Source of the DNA: Promethearchaeota archaeon
GTDB taxonomy: Archaea > Asgardarchaeota > Lokiarchaeia > Sigyniarchaeales > SOKP01
Assembly: GCA_048938895.1 (NCBI GenBank)
Contig: JBHLLU010000027.1
Location: 1 to 54,550 of the forward strand
Direction: 5' to 3'
Length of the DNA: 54,550 bases
The notes beneath the pieces were generated by a model. That model saw only the letters and a program-made list of their open reading frames with translations, searched no databases and was not told the origin of the DNA. The position numbers and the translations under genes were made by a program. This document shows positions 50,726-54,550 of the stretch, piece by piece (the stretch's first letter is position 1; each line of letters starts with the position of its first letter).

Positions 50726-52156
50726 ATGAATAAGGAAGATATTTGCTTTATGTCTGCCTATGAGATGGTAGAAAAAATTAAATCAATGGAATTGACTTCT
50801 TTAGAAATTACGGAAACGATTATTGAAAGAATTAAGAAGATCAATCCAATAGTAAATGCTTACTGTACACCCACATATGATTTAGCAAGAGATATGGCTA
50901 GAAATGCTGACGAAGCTGTTAAAAAAGGTGAAAAACTAGGCTCTTTGCATGGAATTCCTACTTCAATTAAGGATTTAATGCAAACAAAGGGGATAAAAAC
51001 GACATTCGGGTCTAAATTATATGAGAATTTCATACCAGATCAGAATGATATCGCAGTTCAAAGATTAATAGACGCAGGTTGTGTACTCCTCGGTAAAACT
51101 AATACACCGGAATTTGGAATTCCGGCACTTACTAATAATTTGGTCTTTGGTGAGACAAAATGTCCTTGGGATATAGAAAAAAATTCTGGAGGTTCAAGTG
51201 GTGGGGCTGCTTCTTCTGTTGCTTCGGGAATTGGGCCATTAGCACTAGGTTCAGATGGAGGAGGTTCCATAAGAATCCCTTGCAGTTTATGTGGTGTTTT
51301 TGGTTTCAAGCCTACTTTTGGCCGGATCCCTAGTTACCCACGAGAAGGTATCCACTTTAATTCCATGGATCATTATGGCCCAATTGTTCGATATGTTAGG
51401 GATGCTGCTTTAATGCTGAATGTAATTAAAGGATACTATCCGAGAGATCCGAATTCTTTACCAGACGATTCAACAGATTACCTTGAAATTCTTGATAACA
51501 AACCTAATAAACTTAAGATAGGATATTCAATGACTCTAGGTTTTGGTAAGTCTTTAGAAGATGAAGTTAAGGAAAATGTTATGAATAGCGTACAGAAATT
51601 TGAACAGTTTGGATGGAATGTAGAAGAAGCAAATATAAAACTTAAAAATCCTGAATCTGCTTTTAGAACTACAGTTACAGTAGGTTATGCCCAAGATTTT
51701 CAAAAAGAATTCATAACTCGTATGGACGATTTTAGCCCTGATATAAGATCTACAATCAAGCTTGGTCTCGACAATAACTTGTTGAACTTTACAAAAGCAA
51801 TAGAACAAAGAAAGCAGGTAAATGAAGTCATAGGTAGTTTTTTTCAAGATTTTGATCTTTTAATAACACCTACAACTCCTTGTCCTGCCTTTACACCCGG
51901 TTGGTTAGATTCTGGGACGGTTTTCCCAAAAATTGGGAAAAAAATGTTGAATGTAATAACATGGATGACATTTACATTTCCTTTTAATATGACAGGTCAT
52001 CCTGCAGCCTCAATTCCATCGGGATGGACTACCTCTGGGCTTCCAATAGGAATGCAAATTGTTGGAAGACGTTATGATGAAAAAACTGTTCTACAAGTGG
52101 CACAAGCATTCGAAGAAATAGCACCTTGGCAAGATAGAAAGCCTAAATTTGATTAA
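50726..52156 (+). CDS. Amidase-signature family enzyme
   Basis: SIKD, GKTNTPEFG, GGSSGG, GSDGGGSIRIP, GLPIGMQIVG. Confidence 0.92.
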   Translation: MNKEDICFMSAYEMVEKIKSMELTSLEITETIIERIKKINPIVNAYCTPTYDLARDMARNADEAVKKGEKLGSLHGIPTSIKDLMQTKGIKTTFGSKLYENFIPDQNDIAVQRLIDAGCVLLGKTNTPEFGIPALTNNLVFGETKCPWDIEKNSGGSSGGAASSVASGIGPLALGSDGGGSIRIPCSLCGVFGFKPTFGRIPSYPREGIHFNSMDHYGPIVRYVRDAALMLNVIKGYYPRDPNSLPDDSTDYLEILDNKPNKLKIGYSMTLGFGKSLEDEVKENVMNSVQKFEQFGWNVEEANIKLKNPESAFRTTVTVGYAQDFQKEFITRMDDFSPDIRSTIKLGLDNNLLNFTKAIEQRKQVNEVIGSFFQDFDLLITPTTPCPAFTPGWLDSGTVFPKIGKKMLNVITWMTFTFPFNMTGHPAASIPSGWTTSGLPIGMQIVGRRYDEKTVLQVAQAFEEIAPWQDRKPKFD

Positions 52157-52198
52157 TTTCTATTTTATTAGTTTCTCATTTTTTTTAGCTTAAACCGA

Positions 52199-53278
52199 CT
52201 ACATACTTGACGTAGTAATATAGGAGGAATCCCCAATTGTGATAGATTTTTTGATTAAATCTTCTAATATTGAATAATCACCAATTATACTTTCTGAAGA
52301 TATAATTTTTTTCAAGTTAGCTCCGTCACCGATAACGCAATCAGATAAGATACATTTTTTTAATTTCACATTGTTTCCAATAGATACATTTGGACCTATA
52401 ACAGAATCCGAGATTCTTGTACCCACCCCTATGAACACAGGAGGTACTATTTTAGAATCAATAATATCACCAGATTGAGCTAATTTTTCATAAGTAGGAT
52501 CTTTTATTTTGGTTTCGGAAAGTAATAGACGATTTCCATCTAATAAACTGTCTGGTCTTCCAAAATCCAAAATTTCTCTATTCATTTCATTGATTTTAAA
52601 TTTAAATCCTTCTTCAATTAGTTTTTGAATTATTAACGTAAGAGTATGTTCTTGGCCATTTTCCAATGGGATTTTACTCTGTTCTTCCAATAGTTCAAAT
52701 AAACGTGAAGTAGTGCTCATACCAAAAAGATAAGCCCCAGATACAGCATAATTAGATTTGGGTTTTTTTGGTTTTTCTTCAATACTTCTAACAATCTGAT
52801 TATCATCTAATTCAATTACACCATAATATTCGGGATTATCTACTTGCTTTACATTGATTACTCCATCGCAAATATCTTGATGAAAATTTAACAAAATTGG
52901 TGAATAATCCTCCATAGGAAGTCTATCGCTAAGAAATATAAAACAATCATCATTTTCGGCAAATTTTTTAGCTAATAGTACAGCATCCCCCAACCCACTA
53001 AAAAATGGTGTGTCTGCTTCATATCCTAAGGGTTTCTGTTCCAAAAAGTGAAGTTTAAAATGATTTGAATGATTTTTTTCAAGATACTCTGTTATTTGTC
53101 GTTTTTTATACCCCACGATAAAACAGATATTAGTTCCTTTAGGGAAGGATTTTTCTAATTTAGCAAGAATATGGTCAATTAAGCGTTTCCCAGCTACTTT
53201 TAAGAAAGCCTTTGGTTTAGAATACGTAAATGGTTGTAATCGCTTCCCAACACCAGCAATAGGACAAATAAGCCACAT
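52199..53278 (-). CDS. Sugar-phosphate nucleotidyltransferase with C-terminal beta-helix
   Basis: AGVGKRLQPFT..PK, GLGDAV, EEKP, hexapeptide repeats (IGPNVSIG). Confidence 0.88.
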   Translation of the reverse strand: MWLICPIAGVGKRLQPFTYSKPKAFLKVAGKRLIDHILAKLEKSFPKGTNICFIVGYKKRQITEYLEKNHSNHFKLHFLEQKPLGYEADTPFFSGLGDAVLLAKKFAENDDCFIFLSDRLPMEDYSPILLNFHQDICDGVINVKQVDNPEYYGVIELDDNQIVRSIEEKPKKPKSNYAVSGAYLFGMSTTSRLFELLEEQSKIPLENGQEHTLTLIIQKLIEEGFKFKINEMNREILDFGRPDSLLDGNRLLLSETKIKDPTYEKLAQSGDIIDSKIVPPVFIGVGTRISDSVIGPNVSIGNNVKLKKCILSDCVIGDGANLKKIISSESIIGDYSILEDLIKKSITIGDSSYITTSSM

Positions 53279-53360
53279 CTAAAATTATCTAGAGCAATTA
53301 TTTATATAAAGAATATAAACCAGTATAAAATTTAAATTATTTTGAATTCTTCTTGCGATT

Positions 53361-53885
53361 TTATAATATTTTTAATAACTTATCTAAAATCTCATAATAC
53401 TTCGATTCATGAAGTTTTTCCTGTACTGTCTTTTTTAATTTTCTTAAATAATAATTATCAGAATTTGTTCTCTCTGCTCCATGAATCTTCTTATTTATTG
53501 CTACTCTTGTTTTCTCATCTAAAAAGTTCGGAGGAATATTTTTATACTCTCTAATAATTGATAATTTAGTATTTGAATCATCTTCAATAGATTTACCAGT
53601 TTGAATTTTTGAATATAAATTTTTAATCCAGGTTTCGATTTTTTCTATATCTCCCCTTAAGTAGGTTCTTTGGTTAATCCAATCTTTAAATTCAAGGAAT
53701 TCATTAATAAATATATCTTCCTCAGTAGATTCGACTACTTTTTGAGATTCTTTCTGAACAATATTTCGGATTTTTTTTTTCTTTAGATCTTTTACCTCTC
53801 CCTCAGAAAGACTTTTAAAGATTTTCTCTCTTAAAATCTTTTCTTCCTTTGAATCTTTTTCAGAAAGCCATTTATCAATTGACAT
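53361..53885 (-). CDS. Hypothetical charged helical protein
   Basis: 174-aa ORF rich in K/E. Confidence 0.65.
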   Translation of the reverse strand: MSIDKWLSEKDSKEEKILREKIFKSLSEGEVKDLKKKKIRNIVQKESQKVVESTEEDIFINEFLEFKDWINQRTYLRGDIEKIETWIKNLYSKIQTGKSIEDDSNTKLSIIREYKNIPPNFLDEKTRVAINKKIHGAERTNSDNYYLRKLKKTVQEKLHESKYYEILDKLLKIL

Positions 53886-54011
53886 CTGTATTGTCTTTTA
53901 TTTCTAATGATGATGTTAATATTTTGTTTTTTATTAAGTATTTAACAGAAACGAAAGATGGTATAATAGTTAAATTAAAATTGAGAATCCATCTTTAATA
54001 TTATTAATACC

Positions 54012-54550
54012 ATGTCGGTTAAAGGAATTATATTTGACTATGGCTTTACTCTTTTTCAGTTTGATAATCCTTCTGTGGAAAGATATTATGAATGTTTTAA
54101 AAATGGTCTATTGAAATCAATTGAGTTGCTGAAAGAAAAGCATATTTGGAATGATAAGATAACAAATGATTTATTTTTAAAGAGATTTTCTAAAAAGCGA
54201 GAAGAATATTGGCGAGAGAGTAGAAAATCAAGAAAAGAATATCCTACCTCTTTAATATATAGAGAAGTACTTCAAACTCTACAAGAAGAGAATCTTATAA
54301 ACAAAATCGACCATTTAGATGAAGAAACATTTGAAGAATTGGCGGAAATATACCATTCTTTTGAACAAAAAGAATGGAAACCTTTTCCTCAAACAAAGGA
54401 AACAATAGAAAAGCTATCTATGCATGAAGATATAAAATTGGCTGTGTTGTCAAATCACCCAAATCAGAGGATGATTGAAAATTCATTAAAAGAGTATGAA
54501 CTTTTTAAATATTTCGATGCTGTTGTTACTTCTGCAGAATTTGGAAAAAG
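54012..54550 (+). CDS. HAD-family hydrolase, truncated by window edge (missing from ORF track)
   Basis: Manual translation MSVKGIIFDYGFTL...LAVLSN...FDAVVTSAEFGK; open to the end of the window. Confidence 0.85.
   Translation, partial: MSVKGIIFDYGFTLFQFDNPSVERYYECFKNGLLKSIELLKEKHIWNDKITNDLFLKRFSKKREEYWRESRKSRKEYPTSLIYREVLQTLQEENLINKIDHLDEETFEELAEIYHSFEQKEWKPFPQTKETIEKLSMHEDIKLAVLSNHPNQRMIENSLKEYELFKYFDAVVTSAEFGK

Noticed and set aside
50726-52156. Calling the amidase gatA
   Set aside because: TPEFG-type general amidase without gatB/gatC neighbours; GatA-specific motifs not recognised
594-53554. Short ORFs in the track overlapping larger genes (e.g. 594-782, 3981-4187, 14469-14867, 28702-29007, 39105-39413, 51058-51309)
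   Set aside because: Antisense or out-of-frame shadows of well-supported CDS, with no recognisable motifs
1-54550. CRISPR arrays, IS elements, integrases, proviruses, rRNA/tRNA genes
   Set aside because: No regularly spaced repeats, transposase or integrase motifs, or GC-rich stable-RNA genes seen by eye

Overview
AT-rich archaeal chromosome segment. Gene content points to an Asgard archaeon of the Lokiarchaeia/Promethearchaeota type (inference): eL38/eL40, archaeal ThrRS/AspRS, RibK/RibL, translin, Alba, a Rab-like GTPase, longin-like proteins and an Rpn11/CSN5-like JAMM protein. About 50 densely packed CDS, mostly housekeeping and metabolic. I saw no rRNA, tRNA, CRISPR array or mobile element. 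I found three CDS missing from the ORF track: eL40, a 56-aa zinc-ribbon protein and a truncated HAD at the right edge. Most interesting signals: (1) the ~520-nt 'empty' region 10110-10662 holds three ~90-nt stem-loop modules on the minus strand, two with a positioned TATA box and a CC-U(n) end, plus complementarity and a shared 12-mer between modules, i.e. a candidate undescribed ncRNA cluster; (2) a CheR-coiled coil-CheD fusion whose CheD catalytic Cys is Ser, with no chemotaxis genes in the window; (3) apparent ATC/ATT translation starts; (4) an acyltransferase-GT87-acyltransferase membrane cluster. All RNA structures were paired by eye and all family calls come from motif recognition, not database searches.
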